IMG/VR virus record: IMGVR_UViG_3300031088_000759 | DNA from: a virus | Reading direction: 5' to 3' (one strand) | DNA length: 64,000 nt | Part shown: piece by piece, positions 1-10,709 of the stretch | Layout of the letters: every line of letters begins with the position of its first letter | Numbering within the stretch: position 1 is the first letter of the stretch | Notes under the pieces: model-generated | Databases searched by the model: none | Seen by the model: the letters and a program-made list of their open reading frames with translations, nothing else | Told to the model about the DNA's origin: nothing | Program-made: the position numbers and the translations under genes

Positions 1-939
1 TTTTTCGGCAGGATCTGACTGAATACTCTTTCCGCCCCAAGGCATAGGTGCCCAAGTCCAACCAGTTTTCCCTTTTTTCACTGCAAATCCTTCTTTTTCA
101 AGAAAAGCACCCCAAGTAGCAGGTGTTACATTTTGAGCACCTGGCGAACTAGATAGCAGCGGAGCTATAATACCTGCCATGACTGAAAAGTTTAATGGAG
201 TTGCACCTGGTGTAGCAGTTGAGAAAATTACAAAAGGCTCAACTGTTTTTCGATACTTATCATTTAATTTTGCAATGTTTACAGCAGCCATAGACGTACT
301 AGAGCTAGGAAAATTCTTCAAATAATGAGATTCATCAAATACAATATAATCCCAATCAATATTAGGAGTTCCTTTTGCTGCTGTTTGTCTATTTTTTTTA
401 TAATTCTTTTTAGTAACTCTAGCTGTTGAAGGTGCTTCTAAAAGTTTATTCAACTGTTGATAATTGATAATCATAGGTCTTAATAAGGCTGACGCTACGG
501 GGTAGTTGTGGATTGTTTGTCGCCATTGCGGAATAACACTCTTAGGACACACAATAAGAAGTTTACCTTTGTTTTTAGTTCCAAAACCTTCTTGTTTAGC
601 AATTGCTGAGATTCCTGCAAGCCCTGCTAAAGTTTTGCCTAATCCTGTTTTATCAGCTAACAAAAATCCTCTCTGACCAGAAGAATAACACTTGAAAAGC
701 GCTTTTGCCGCATCCAATTGATGTTCTCTCGGGGTGTATTTTGCATGTCCTTTTTCTGGTGGCATAACAATACCATTTAGTTCATCTTCTTGCCACCTAC
801 CATAACTAAAATCCTCAGAGGCATACGGTCTTAACTCATGAGGAAGTATAGCACCTTTATAAACACTGATTTTACGATCTTTCCAGTATTGAACATTAGG
901 AAACTTCACACCCCATGGAAGATCAAGAACAAAATACAT
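1..939 (-). CDS. SNF2/SF2-like helicase, N-terminal part (runs off window start)
   Basis: Manual translation from ATG at 939: MYFVLDLPWG...TPREHQLDAA...GFLLADKTGLGKT (Walker A)...VFDESHYLKN (DExH). Not in the supplied ORF track. Confidence 0.85.
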   Translation of the reverse strand, partial: MYFVLDLPWGVKFPNVQYWKDRKISVYKGAILPHELRPYASEDFSYGRWQEDELNGIVMPPEKGHAKYTPREHQLDAAKALFKCYSSGQRGFLLADKTGLGKTLAGLAGISAIAKQEGFGTKNKGKLLIVCPKSVIPQWRQTIHNYPVASALLRPMIINYQQLNKLLEAPSTARVTKKNYKKNRQTAAKGTPNIDWDYIVFDESHYLKNFPSSSTSMAAVNIAKLNDKYRKTVEPFVIFSTATPGATPLNFSVMAGIIAPLLSSSPGAQNVTPATWGAFLEKEGFAVKKGKTGWTWAPMPWGGKSIQSDPAEK

Positions 940-1027
940 TTAACAATTCCTTTTCACATAAAAGATTTAAGTCTAGCCAAACCGATAGATATAAAACAAA
1001 ACTCACTGATTGCTTTACTGACAAACA

Positions 1028-1216
1028 TTAAGAAACTTCATAGTCTTCCGAAACCACCGTTTCACGAGGGCCAGGAGCTTGTACTTCTCCTCTATCATTA
1101 TTAAGATTCCCGAAGACTAAAACAGCAACAAGAAATATAATGACTATTATTGCTGCACACAATAGAAAGATTTTATCTTTCTTCTTCATCTTCGAGTCTT
1201 TTTCAGGGAATCTCAT
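1028..1216 (-). CDS. small single-pass membrane protein
   Basis: Basic N-terminus followed by one hydrophobic helix; co-oriented with neighbours. Confidence 0.6.
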   Translation of the reverse strand: MRFPEKDSKMKKKDKIFLLCAAIIVIIFLVAVLVFGNLNNDRGEVQAPGPRETVVSEDYEVS

Positions 1217-1222
1217 AATTAT

Positions 1223-1585
1223 TCACCATTCTTCGCCTTTAATATATATTGTTTCTTGAGGCATAGTCCACGTTGTATCAGTAATATCTTCATCTTCTAA
1301 GTCATAAAGAATGCTGTCTATATCGCTAATAACTGAATCTTCATCTTCTTCTGACTCAACACTGTTTTCATCAACATTGAAACCATATTTACTAAGGTTA
1401 ATGTCAACAAAATTAATATCTCTGTTGCGTACAGCACTGCGAAATCTGTCTAATAGAGATTGACGGACCTCACCACTAGAAAGTCCCATTTCTACTTCTA
1501 TAAGATCATTTTGACAATCTTCAAAAATAAAGTCATTTGCGTTTTCATCAACTACATCTGATATGTCATAAATCGTGAATTCCAT
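1223..1585 (-). CDS. acidic hypothetical protein
   Basis: ORF; start moved to ATG (MEFTIY) after a GAGGTG RBS. Confidence 0.65.
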   Translation of the reverse strand: MEFTIYDISDVVDENANDFIFEDCQNDLIEVEMGLSSGEVRQSLLDRFRSAVRNRDINFVDINLSKYGFNVDENSVESEEDEDSVISDIDSILYDLEDEDITDTTWTMPQETIYIKGEEW

Positions 1586-1677
1586 ATTAACACCTCTTTT
1601 TCGTACTGATTTTGACAAAGTTAATATTAAAACTTTTGTCAATGTTAAACGATTGTAAAAGAATTATATCAACAATA

Positions 1678-2571
1678 TTACTCATTTTGAGCAGTGATGT
1701 ATTTTAGCACTGCGTTAGTATCACTGAAATCAACCTCATCTGGATTCATAATTATATTATTTACATAAACTAATGGCGGATAATAACCTGTCTGTAGCTT
1801 TTCGTCATTTCCAACTGCAATAATCCAACTGGCAAAAGTACCATTCTTTATACTTTCCTCGTTAACACGGGGAATGTTTAATTCTTCAGTTTTTGCTACT
1901 AACGCTGTTAAAGGATCCAATTCTTTATCGGCCTGTACCTCAGCTGAAAGCTGCATGGTACTTATCAAAAAGTTCCAAGCACTATTCGGTGCAGTAACAA
2001 AAGTTTCAGCAATAGCCTCAGGAGAATAAATAGATAAAGGTGTACCAGAAGAAACAGGATGAATTCTTAGTTCAACAATTCCGCTTTCCACAAGGTCTTT
2101 AAAAGTTAGTTGATTAATGAGCAAAAAATCTCTTGACCTTTGAGAGTCAAAATCAACATACACATCTACTATTTCCTGATCAGCGTTTTTGCCATTTGAA
2201 AAAATGAATACAGCTGACTGTTCTGAATCATTAGCACTACCTCCCGTAAGGGCTTTTTGCTCAATATTGGCTGATTCAATTTTTTGCCCAGAGAAAACAG
2301 TAAGCTTTGTATTAACTGGTGCAATGTTGCCTCTTTGATTTCCAATGTTAATCAGCTTATTCTTCGCATCCTTAGATTGATTTCTCATTTTTAACAAATA
2401 ACCTGAACCAATTCCTAATGGAACAGCTGAAATAGCAGCTGTAATACCGAAAATAAGAACACCACGACGATTAGGAGTGCGTTCATCATTTGATTCATTT
2501 GACTCATCGGATTCAGCAATGTTTTCAATATCCTCTGCATCCATGTCTAAATCTTCTTCTTTCTCAGTCAT
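1678..2571 (-). CDS. membrane-anchored DsbA/thioredoxin-fold protein lacking CxxC
   Basis: TM helix, then VDVYVDFDSQRSRDF (SxxS at the CxxC position), GIVELRIHPV and PLVYVNN, resembling actinobacterial DsbA-like proteins. Confidence 0.6.
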   Translation of the reverse strand: MTEKEEDLDMDAEDIENIAESDESNESNDERTPNRRGVLIFGITAAISAVPLGIGSGYLLKMRNQSKDAKNKLINIGNQRGNIAPVNTKLTVFSGQKIESANIEQKALTGGSANDSEQSAVFIFSNGKNADQEIVDVYVDFDSQRSRDFLLINQLTFKDLVESGIVELRIHPVSSGTPLSIYSPEAIAETFVTAPNSAWNFLISTMQLSAEVQADKELDPLTALVAKTEELNIPRVNEESIKNGTFASWIIAVGNDEKLQTGYYPPLVYVNNIIMNPDEVDFSDTNAVLKYITAQNE

Positions 2572-2595
2572 TATATAACCCTCTTTTTCTTCTTC

Positions 2596-3846
2596 TCATT
2601 CATCATCTGAATCTAAAGCTGCTTCTTGTCCTGATTTTACAAAGTTTTTAGCATCTTGGAGAACTTTTGTGCGAAAATCGTCACTGAGATTCTTCAAAGT
2701 AGTAGAGTTTTTCGACCAATCATCATATGCCTGTAAAACGTCTGTTGATGCTGCTATTTCGCCATATTTTAATTCAATAGAATTGGACTCACGTGCTTCT
2801 TCATGCGGAGAGTGCTGTAACTTCCAGCTCATAGTATGCTGAATGTTTTGATCAATAATTTTGTAATCTAAACCAGAATATTTTGAAGAACTTAGGTTCA
2901 CAATTTTCTGTCTCACTATGGGAGCATGATGTGTGTCAAATTCCGTCGAATTATTGATTTGAGTAGATTGTAAGTTTGAAACTATAAGGTCTGTAACTTC
3001 AGGTGCGGATAAATCAGTTGCATCAATTATTTCAAAGTCATATTGTGGACGTTGAGCAACAGTTTTAGGGTATGCTTTGAAACCACCTTGTGAATCAATT
3101 TCCCAAAGTGTCCATCCTCTTCCTAAAGGAACTTCTTTATCACTAAACCCTCTTCGTATTAAACTTCCATTGTAGTAAATTCTACTTTGTGCTGTGTCAG
3201 TTTTCTTATCTTTGGAACCTACCCAACCTCTTTCATGAATATGCCCCAACATCATATAATCCCATTCGTAGCTCAATAATTCATCGGGTATGACAATTTC
3301 ACGAGGTGAGTGTTCGGTATGTAATTTATGTTCTAGAATAGGATCTACAACACTTCCATGAGTAGCAAAAATATTGATTTCCCCATCCACAGGTTTTATT
3401 TGTCCCATAGTGTCTTTTTGATCGCTATACATATGATGAGAAACCATATGTAGATTAATTCCATCAGCAATTTGATGTTTCACATAAGGTTCCGCATGAG
3501 AATATATTTTCTTCCACGGATCATCGAGAATTCTTGAACTAGCGATATTTTCTCGAATATCATCGACATCGTGGTTTCCACTGAGAATGTAAACAGGCAC
3601 TCCAGCTTGCCATAAGCGCCATAATTGTCTCTGAACAAACTGAACTGAACGCATATTAGGTGAGGGAGTGTGAAAAGTATCTCCAGGAATGACAACCGCA
3701 TCTACTTCATGATCAATAACATCTGTAATCATCTTCTTTAAGGCAATATATCCATCAGCTTCACGAAGATTTATACCTTGAGCATTAACTTTTCGAGTGG
3801 CAGTATAACCAGCATGTATATCACTTAAATGAGCTATCTTAAACAT
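2596..3846 (-). CDS. Mre11/SbcD-like metallophosphoesterase DNA repair nuclease
   Basis: Motifs AHLSDIH, GDTFH, GNHD, THG, LGHIH, YNGS. Confidence 0.9.
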   Translation of the reverse strand: MFKIAHLSDIHAGYTATRKVNAQGINLREADGYIALKKMITDVIDHEVDAVVIPGDTFHTPSPNMRSVQFVQRQLWRLWQAGVPVYILSGNHDVDDIRENIASSRILDDPWKKIYSHAEPYVKHQIADGINLHMVSHHMYSDQKDTMGQIKPVDGEINIFATHGSVVDPILEHKLHTEHSPREIVIPDELLSYEWDYMMLGHIHERGWVGSKDKKTDTAQSRIYYNGSLIRRGFSDKEVPLGRGWTLWEIDSQGGFKAYPKTVAQRPQYDFEIIDATDLSAPEVTDLIVSNLQSTQINNSTEFDTHHAPIVRQKIVNLSSSKYSGLDYKIIDQNIQHTMSWKLQHSPHEEARESNSIELKYGEIAASTDVLQAYDDWSKNSTTLKNLSDDFRTKVLQDAKNFVKSGQEAALDSDDE

Positions 3847-3860
3847 ATGGTACAAAATCC

Positions 3861-5048
3861 TTAAACAATCGACAAAATACTCTTAACATAGGCTATCTTA
3901 TCAATTTCTGAACCTAATTTGATCCAATCATCCTCCCAAATATGAACAAGTTTAATATTCTTTTCAAAACACAATTTACTTTTGACTGCTTCTCTTGTTT
4001 TAAACGTCCCTTGTTCTACATCAGATAACCATGCTTTTTTATCATGCCAATAATTACCATTAAACTCAAGCGCCATACTCAACTCAGGAAGCCACAGATC
4101 AAGCTCTTTCGGAGAAATTATTGTTCTGTCATTCTGGACAACATTTAACTTTAAAACATTAATCAAGATTGAGAATATTTCTCTTTCATACTTAGAGGGA
4201 GAAACAGCAAAAGCACCTGGATTAAATTCTCCATATTTTTTCATATTAGTTTGAAATCTTTTATGGTTCTTATGTGTTCTTATGGCAATACTGTCTTTTT
4301 TTAAATCATACGCTTTTAATGATTTTCTAAGAACAGTAGGTGAAATCTTGAATTTTTCAAATATGTCATCCATGGACATAGAACTATTCACATAATTTTC
4401 TAAAAGCCACTTTTCATCAATTCCGTACTTTTCAAAGACATGCAACTTTACAATTTCTGGTTCTGTTGAAACTTTGCACGTTCTACATCCAAACCTACGC
4501 ATAGTCCTATTTCTTACAGCAGTTTTAAAACTATGATTAAATTGACAGTTCCACCAAACTTGGCTTCCTGAATTAAAAAGAATCTCTTCGGGAGCTATTT
4601 TATTTCTTTTATAGTCCCATTCAATAAGCAACTCAGGATTTTTTGTTGCTAAATCATTTAAACCTTTTAAAAGCCTTTTATTCGAACAATAAAAACATTC
4701 AGTCATATTTACTTTGTCATGAATTTTGTTTATCGTTTCACCTTTGCATTCAGGACATTTCCAATGGACTTTCAAACTTGAGCTTGCATAAACTTCTTCG
4801 AAAGAAACAGTATTTTTCTCGTAATCCCAATGTTCTTCTAAAAAGGGAAATTTAAAATAAAGCTTCAAACATCCTTGGCAATTTTTGTTCGATGATTGAT
4901 TAATGACCTTGTTTATCCAACTATGCCTATTTTCGCATAGAAAATGTAGTTTTGTTGTTGAAAATAGTGATATCTCCTCAGGATTAAACTCATGGTTTTT
5001 GTCATAATCCCAAAATCTTAGTAAATTTTCTCGAGTATGTTTTAGCAT
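3861..5048 (-). CDS. zinc-ribbon (treble-clef) repeat protein with C-terminal PD-(D/E)xK/Vsr-like endonuclease; putative homing endonuclease
   Basis: Repeats WDYxKN...WxC..H..CxxC; C-terminal ELDLWLPELSMALEFNGNYWH...HIWEDDW. Confidence 0.75.
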   Translation of the reverse strand: MLKHTRENLLRFWDYDKNHEFNPEEISLFSTTKLHFLCENRHSWINKVINQSSNKNCQGCLKLYFKFPFLEEHWDYEKNTVSFEEVYASSSLKVHWKCPECKGETINKIHDKVNMTECFYCSNKRLLKGLNDLATKNPELLIEWDYKRNKIAPEEILFNSGSQVWWNCQFNHSFKTAVRNRTMRRFGCRTCKVSTEPEIVKLHVFEKYGIDEKWLLENYVNSSMSMDDIFEKFKISPTVLRKSLKAYDLKKDSIAIRTHKNHKRFQTNMKKYGEFNPGAFAVSPSKYEREIFSILINVLKLNVVQNDRTIISPKELDLWLPELSMALEFNGNYWHDKKAWLSDVEQGTFKTREAVKSKLCFEKNIKLVHIWEDDWIKLGSEIDKIAYVKSILSIV

Positions 5049-5101
5049 AATACATTTATCTCTCCATGATTGTTCTACGCATATTCTAACAATAGAACAG
5101 A

Positions 5102-5147
5102 TTAGGGGTACCACATTCTAACGATTTAAAGAATGTGGTACCCCTAA
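5102..5147. terminator. 18-bp perfect inverted repeat downstream of ligA
   Basis: TTAGGGGTACCACATTCT-N10-AGAATGTGGTACCCCTAA. Confidence 0.6.
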
Positions 5148-5182
5148 AATAATATTTTGACAACTTTACTTATCAAATTTTT

Positions 5183-7306
5183 TCAATTAACAAAATTTTT
5201 TGTAAATTCCTCAGCAGACATGAATTCAATGCCTAAACTTACAGCTTTCTTTACTTTGGATGAAGATCCATTTTTGTCAGCAATCATATAAGAAGTTGAT
5301 GCTTTTGGTGATGAATGAAATTCTCCACCTTGTGATTCTACAAAATCAACCCAATCATTACGCTTAGCAAAAGGTGAAGGAACTACTCCACTGATAGCAA
5401 ACGACAGATTGTTCAAAGAAGATGAATTATTCACAATTTCATTATTCTTGTCTTCGTTGTGTTCATTGCTTTTGAACAACACTCCAGCTTCACGCATACG
5501 CTGAATCATGGGAATACGTGAAGTTAATCCTTTAATAGTGTTCTCAGCTAAAATTTCACCCATTCCATCAATTGCCGCAACTTCATCAATTGACGCTTTA
5601 AGAATGTTGTCTAATGAACTGAATTCATGTATAAGCTTCTTTGATACAAGACGGCCAACTTTGGGGATTCCAAATGAAGCAATAATCACCTCAGCAGGAA
5701 GGTTCTTAGCTTTCTCTAAATATTCAAGAATGTTTTTTGTACGCTTCTGTCCGAAAACAATATCTTCTCCTTTAGAAGAGACTCCTACAACAGTATTAGC
5801 CAAAGAGTTTTCGTCAAGGTAGAACAAATCAGAAATGTCATTGACAATACCTACTTTATGAAGAGAATCTAATGTTGATGCACTAAGTCCTTTGATGTTC
5901 AAATAATCGCTACCTACTGCAAACACTAATGATTCAAAATTACGAGCAGGGCATAATTCATTCTCACAGGATAAAGTTTTAGGAGGATATGAATCATTCT
6001 TGTCAAAGTATAGAACAGAACCACATGAAGGACAGTTTTTAGGGACTTCTACACTTCGTGAATCTTCTGGACTGCTGATAACAGAAACAATCTGCGGAAT
6101 AATTTCATTGGCTTTTTCTACAATAACAATTGACCCTGGTCTCACATCTTTTTCTGAAACTAGAGAAAAGTTGTGCAATGAAGCTCGTGAAACTTTAGAA
6201 TTGTCCAGCATAACAGTGTCAAACAAAGCCACGGGGGTAACTCGTCCTGACTTGCCAACAGTGTTAATAATTTCGGTAATTTTTGTTTCTACCTTCTCAG
6301 AGGGGTATTTCCAAGCAATTTGAGAAGAAGGGTGATGTGAAGTGTTTCCCATTGTTTTGTGTAGAGCAACTTCATCAACAGGTTTAATCACTACTCCATC
6401 AATAGGGAAATCGAAAGAATGGGATAACTTACCAAAGCTCTCAATGGCTTGATGAATTTCTTCGTTATTTGCAAAATTAGATAGCTTACATGATTTAGAG
6501 TCAATTTTATTTACAGTATCTAAAGTAAGTTTATCTACTGTAATAAAGTTGTCATGAACATCAATGTGAGACAGTGACATAATACTGTTCTCATTCCATA
6601 CAGAATACGCTGCAAACGTCATTTCAGCTTTGTATTTCATGCCTTTTTTAGAACGGTTGATAATTCCAAAAGTAGCATTCCTAGACACTTCGAATTTAGT
6701 TTCATCAAATTCAAAACGATTTTTGTTTGTCTGTTCAAATTGTTCATCAAACATAAAGATTTCACCGCGTACTTCAATGTATTCCGAAGAATTAATTGTT
6801 GTTGGAAGACCTTTAACTATAATGTTTTTATCTTTAACCAAATGCGTAATATTCTTGCCAATAGTGCCAGAACCACGTGTTGCTAGAAACGTAAGATTGC
6901 CTTTGTTATATATAGCAGAAGCTGCGATGCCATCTAGTTTTGCTTGTAGTCTAAAATCTTTAGCTCCATAACCACGAACTTTTTTCAAATAACTATCTAA
7001 CTGCTCAGGCTTCTTGGCCTTTGCTAGTGAAAGCATAGGAGATTTATGAACAACATCTTCGCCATCCATTTCGTCCATTTCTGCACCTAACAGAACATCA
7101 CCTTCAAGAATTTTGAATCCATCTGTACCCGGAGCAAATAATTCAGGAAAATCCTCACTGTGGATTTGAAGAAAATCTTGTTTAGCATCAAATTCTTCAT
7201 CACTTAAAAAAGAATCTTCGTCAGCAAGATAATATAGCCGGGATGCTTCTTTAAGCTCTTCAATAACTTGTTTAACTTCTTCTGTGGATACAATAACTTT
7301 ACTCAT
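5183..7306 (-). CDS. ligA: NAD-dependent DNA ligase
   Basis: YY...SDEEFD, PMLSL, KLDG adenylation motif, EVRGE, DGVVIK, AWKY, C4 zinc finger, HhH, C-terminal BRCT. Confidence 0.95.
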   Translation of the reverse strand: MSKVIVSTEEVKQVIEELKEASRLYYLADEDSFLSDEEFDAKQDFLQIHSEDFPELFAPGTDGFKILEGDVLLGAEMDEMDGEDVVHKSPMLSLAKAKKPEQLDSYLKKVRGYGAKDFRLQAKLDGIAASAIYNKGNLTFLATRGSGTIGKNITHLVKDKNIIVKGLPTTINSSEYIEVRGEIFMFDEQFEQTNKNRFEFDETKFEVSRNATFGIINRSKKGMKYKAEMTFAAYSVWNENSIMSLSHIDVHDNFITVDKLTLDTVNKIDSKSCKLSNFANNEEIHQAIESFGKLSHSFDFPIDGVVIKPVDEVALHKTMGNTSHHPSSQIAWKYPSEKVETKITEIINTVGKSGRVTPVALFDTVMLDNSKVSRASLHNFSLVSEKDVRPGSIVIVEKANEIIPQIVSVISSPEDSRSVEVPKNCPSCGSVLYFDKNDSYPPKTLSCENELCPARNFESLVFAVGSDYLNIKGLSASTLDSLHKVGIVNDISDLFYLDENSLANTVVGVSSKGEDIVFGQKRTKNILEYLEKAKNLPAEVIIASFGIPKVGRLVSKKLIHEFSSLDNILKASIDEVAAIDGMGEILAENTIKGLTSRIPMIQRMREAGVLFKSNEHNEDKNNEIVNNSSSLNNLSFAISGVVPSPFAKRNDWVDFVESQGGEFHSSPKASTSYMIADKNGSSSKVKKAVSLGIEFMSAEEFTKNFVN

Positions 7307-8429
7307 GTTTTCTCCTGGCTTAACCTATATTCGTTAACTTATTTTATCATAATATTGCAGAAAAATCAATTTTTTGTTTGGTCTTTATAATCAATTGAGG
7401 ATTTATATTTACAAAAAAGATATATATCATATTTCTCATTATGAAACCATTTCACAATGTTTTCTTTAACGTATTCCTGACTGTTTTTCCAATCTTGCTC
7501 CCAGATAAAAATTAAATCAATATCTTTATCAGCACAGAGCTTCTTTTTAAGTCTATGGTATTTTTCTGCGCTCATGCCTGTTCTCTTTGTTATTAATTCA
7601 TTACTATGCCAATAATCACCATTAACTTCTATGGCTTTTTTTAATGAATCCACATATAAATCTAGCTCTAAGGAAATAATTTTTCTTGTGTTAGTCGCTA
7701 TTTCTTTCTTGTTTATTAATGTTTTTAAAAAATCATGAATTTGATATTCAACAGAAGATCGAGAACATTGTAAGCATCTGAAACCAAGATTGAGATATCT
7801 ACAATTTTGTTTCGTTGAATGATTATTATCGCATACCCAGTAATATTCGTGAGTACTGTTAAATTTAACTTGCGATGGATCCATAGTATTTTTATTGTAA
7901 TCCCAGTGTTTTAAAATACTCGGAAATTTTGTTTTTAGATCATTGAAACCTGATAGGAGGAGATGATTCGAACAATATGGACAATTGAAATTTCTACTTA
8001 TTATTTTTCCAATTGACCTTCTGAATTCATGTCCTAAACTGCATTCTAAAATTGCTTTATAGTTTGAAGATGGTGAGAGATTCTGTAATTGTTTTGTATT
8101 TTTATCTGACCAATATTCTTTGATTTCTGGAGTAAAAATCAACAAGTTATTATTCGTCAGATCAGTTTTCTTATTACAACAATAGGAGCATTTATCTTTT
8201 TTACTCAAAAATTCTGAAACTCGTGCTTTGAAACTATGTCCATTTAAACATTTCCAGTAAACTGATTTAATACTATGCGGAGTAATCTTGCATGGTTGGA
8301 TATTTTTGTTTTTCTGATAATCCCAATATTTCTCAATTTCTGGATTCAAAGTTTTTAAATCATTGAAACCTTTAAGGATAGATTGACCGGTACAATATGG
8401 ACAATCAGGAGATCTAACTTTGTTTGAAG

Positions 8430-9678
8430 TTGAATTCTCCCCATAGCGTAGAGCAAGGGGATTCTGATCTCAAACAGCCTGCGCCAGCGAACCAGCAACA
8501 GGTCTTACATTCTCAACAATCAAAGGGTTAAAACCAGCCCTATTTAAAATATTACACGCAGCATTATAATCACGATCAATACACACACCACACGATTCAC
8601 AAACAAACACTCTTACAGATAGTTCAATACGGTTCTTGGCTCTCAAACCGCACTTAGAACAATCCATAGTAGTGTATTTTGGCGGAACCAACACCACCCT
8701 ACGCCCCACCAACAGGCTCTTTTCATATAAAACTCGTTTCACCAAACCAACAGCATTATCACCAGCAGATCTCGCCATTTTCGATTGAAACAAAAACTTA
8801 GACTTAAAATCTTCCACAGCAATCTGATCAAACTCATTCACAATTTTAAAAGCCCACTTATGCGCTAAATCCTTCCTCTGGTTAGCTACTTTCTTATGTA
8901 ATCTCGCAACACGCTTCTTTGATTGAGCACGATGATTACTACCTTTTTTACGACGCGCTAATTCTCTCTGCGCTCTTGCTAACTGAGCTTGCGCTCTTCT
9001 CGAAAACTTTGGTTGTTCAAGATTAAAATCACTACTCGTAGTAGTAGCGATAGTTTTAACTCCCCAATCAATACCAATGCTCTTATTAGTTTTAGGTAAA
9101 TCATCTTTATCCACACTCACAACGAATGAGGCATACCAATGACCGATACTATCTTGATATACGCGCACGCTGGTTGGTGGAGAGGGTAGCTTTCTTGACC
9201 AAACCACAGGAATAATATGCCCACCAGCAATTTTCAAACGAGTTTTTATTTCACCAGTTATTAAATCGACTTGATCAATAAGGCTGAAACCACGCTGTGT
9301 GTAATTCACGCTTGGTAATGATTTATGTCGAGATTTGAACTTCTTTTTACCTTTAGATTGTTTGAAGTCTCTTAATGATTGTTGTTGGCTGACTACGCTG
9401 CCTTGTTTTAGCCAATCATGTTTTTGTCGGAGTTTTGTGATGGTTTTATCATTCATCCATGTTTGATTGGTTTTTAGTTCTGCTACTGCTTGGTTGTAGA
9501 TGTATCGGGCGTTATCGTTTTCCTGAATGAGCCTCTTCACAGCTTGTTGTCCAGGTCTTATTCGATAGGTGTAGCGTAGTTTGTTTGTCATAATGTTTAT
9601 TTTATCAAGATTATTTTAAAAGTTGTGTTGTTTTCTTCCTCTTAGCTGAAGCAAGGGGTATGTCAACAACAAAAACTG
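8430..9678 (-). mobile_element. non-autonomous IS200/IS605 (IS1341-type, tnpB only) element
   Basis: Left end follows TCAC and carries hairpin CCCCTTGCTTCAGCTAAGAGG; right end GAATCCCCTTGCTCTACGCTATGGGGAGAATTCAA is IS608-like and ends in TCAA; no target duplication; no tnpA. Confidence 0.88.
8470..9591 (-). CDS. tnpB: RNA-guided endonuclease TnpB
   Basis: N-terminal RYTYRIRP HTH; RuvC I GIDWG, RuvC II AVEDF, CxxC..CxxC zinc finger, RuvC III DRDYNAA. Confidence 0.95.
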   Translation of the reverse strand: MTNKLRYTYRIRPGQQAVKRLIQENDNARYIYNQAVAELKTNQTWMNDKTITKLRQKHDWLKQGSVVSQQQSLRDFKQSKGKKKFKSRHKSLPSVNYTQRGFSLIDQVDLITGEIKTRLKIAGGHIIPVVWSRKLPSPPTSVRVYQDSIGHWYASFVVSVDKDDLPKTNKSIGIDWGVKTIATTTSSDFNLEQPKFSRRAQAQLARAQRELARRKKGSNHRAQSKKRVARLHKKVANQRKDLAHKWAFKIVNEFDQIAVEDFKSKFLFQSKMARSAGDNAVGLVKRVLYEKSLLVGRRVVLVPPKYTTMDCSKCGLRAKNRIELSVRVFVCESCGVCIDRDYNAACNILNRAGFNPLIVENVRPVAGSLAQAV

Positions 9679-10071
9679 GTGATCTTCTATATTCGCCTCT
9701 ACAAATAGAACAATCCCATAAAACAACTTTATTTGACTGTTCCGCAATTTCATATACTGATTTAATGTTTTTGGAAGAGTAATCTGAAAGCTCTTCTTGT
9801 TTAAAACCGAAGGATTTACATTTCGCACATGTAGCATTAGGGTAATGTGTTCGATTATATATTGATTTTTTCCATGAATGTCCCTTTAAGCAAATCCACC
9901 AAACTTCTTTGTTTGAACCAGTTGTTATTGTAGAAGGATCGAGTTGATTCTTCTCGCGATCCCACTCTTTCATTAGTTTAGGAAACTCATCAGACAACAT
10001 AAAAACCACCTTAAAAAGATTTTAGTAATCTTATCAAAGGTGGTTCTTATGTAGCTGCCGTAGTGAATCAA

Positions 10072-10641
10072 TCAGACACGGTGCTGTCGAGAGTACTCGC
10101 TCATGATACACGAAGCAGCCTGAGCAATATTGAGGGATCTGACGCTACCTACCTGATTGATGAAAACCATGTCATCACACAGTTCAATCTCCTCAGGCTG
10201 AAGACCCCGCTGCTCTTCTCCATACACAAAAGCACTCTTCTCCGGGAAATCTACATCCCAGATGTTCTTAGGCTTGTATGAATCAATATTATCAACAGCA
10301 TACACAGTGTAGCCGTCAGCATGAAGAGTCTCAATGACTTCAGCAAGATTGTCAGCACTCTTCACATGCTCATACTGATGAGTTCCCACAGTCCCAATAC
10401 GGTTATAGTGACGACGCCCCACAAGATACACCTCAGAGCCAAGGAACGCATTGTTAGCACGAATGACAGAAGCCTTGTTGAAGTCCTTAGTAAGGTTCAT
10501 GCAAATGTTCACAAGACCAGTACGACGAGTATCCAGATCAGCCCGAATCTCTTCCATGGTCCAATTCTTGTACATTTCAGCAACATTTGCATTCGCACTA
10601 TTTGCGTTCTCAAGATTAACGTTATAAGGCAGGATAGCCAT
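10072..10641 (-). CDS. SpoU/TrmH-family RNA methyltransferase
   Basis: NKASVIRANNAF, VYGEEQRGL, GSVRSLNIAQAA SPOUT motifs. Confidence 0.9.
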   Translation of the reverse strand: MAILPYNVNLENANSANANVAEMYKNWTMEEIRADLDTRRTGLVNICMNLTKDFNKASVIRANNAFLGSEVYLVGRRHYNRIGTVGTHQYEHVKSADNLAEVIETLHADGYTVYAVDNIDSYKPKNIWDVDFPEKSAFVYGEEQRGLQPEEIELCDDMVFINQVGSVRSLNIAQAASCIMSEYSRQHRV

Positions 10642-10679
10642 TTTGTGCTCCTTTAAGCTTGTGTCGTAATTATATATAT

Positions 10680-10709
10680 ACTATACCACAGAATTTAAGT
10701 TCTTGTCAA
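10680..10709 (-). promoter_or_regulatory. sigma70/sigmaA-type promoter for the TrmH gene
   Basis: TTGACA-N18-TATAGT with TG extension on the minus strand. Confidence 0.6.

Larger units (their letters stand above)
7366..10000 (-). pseudogene. zinc-ribbon repeat/endonuclease gene interrupted by an IS200/IS605 element
   Basis: Removing 8430-9678 joins the 5' part (10000-9679) and 3' part (8429-7366) in frame: CSICRGEYRRSP/SNKVRSPDCPYCTGQSILKGFNDLKTLNPE; C-terminal ELDLY...IEVNGDYWH...IWEQDW. Confidence 0.85.

Noticed and set aside
9662-9666. TTGAC as the IS insertion motif
   Set aside because: Excision there leaves the host gene out of frame, whereas excision after TCAC restores it.
8430-9678. 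IStron (self-splicing intron + TnpB) restoring the host gene
   Set aside because: Only ~90 nt lie between the left end and tnpB, too short for a group I intron core.
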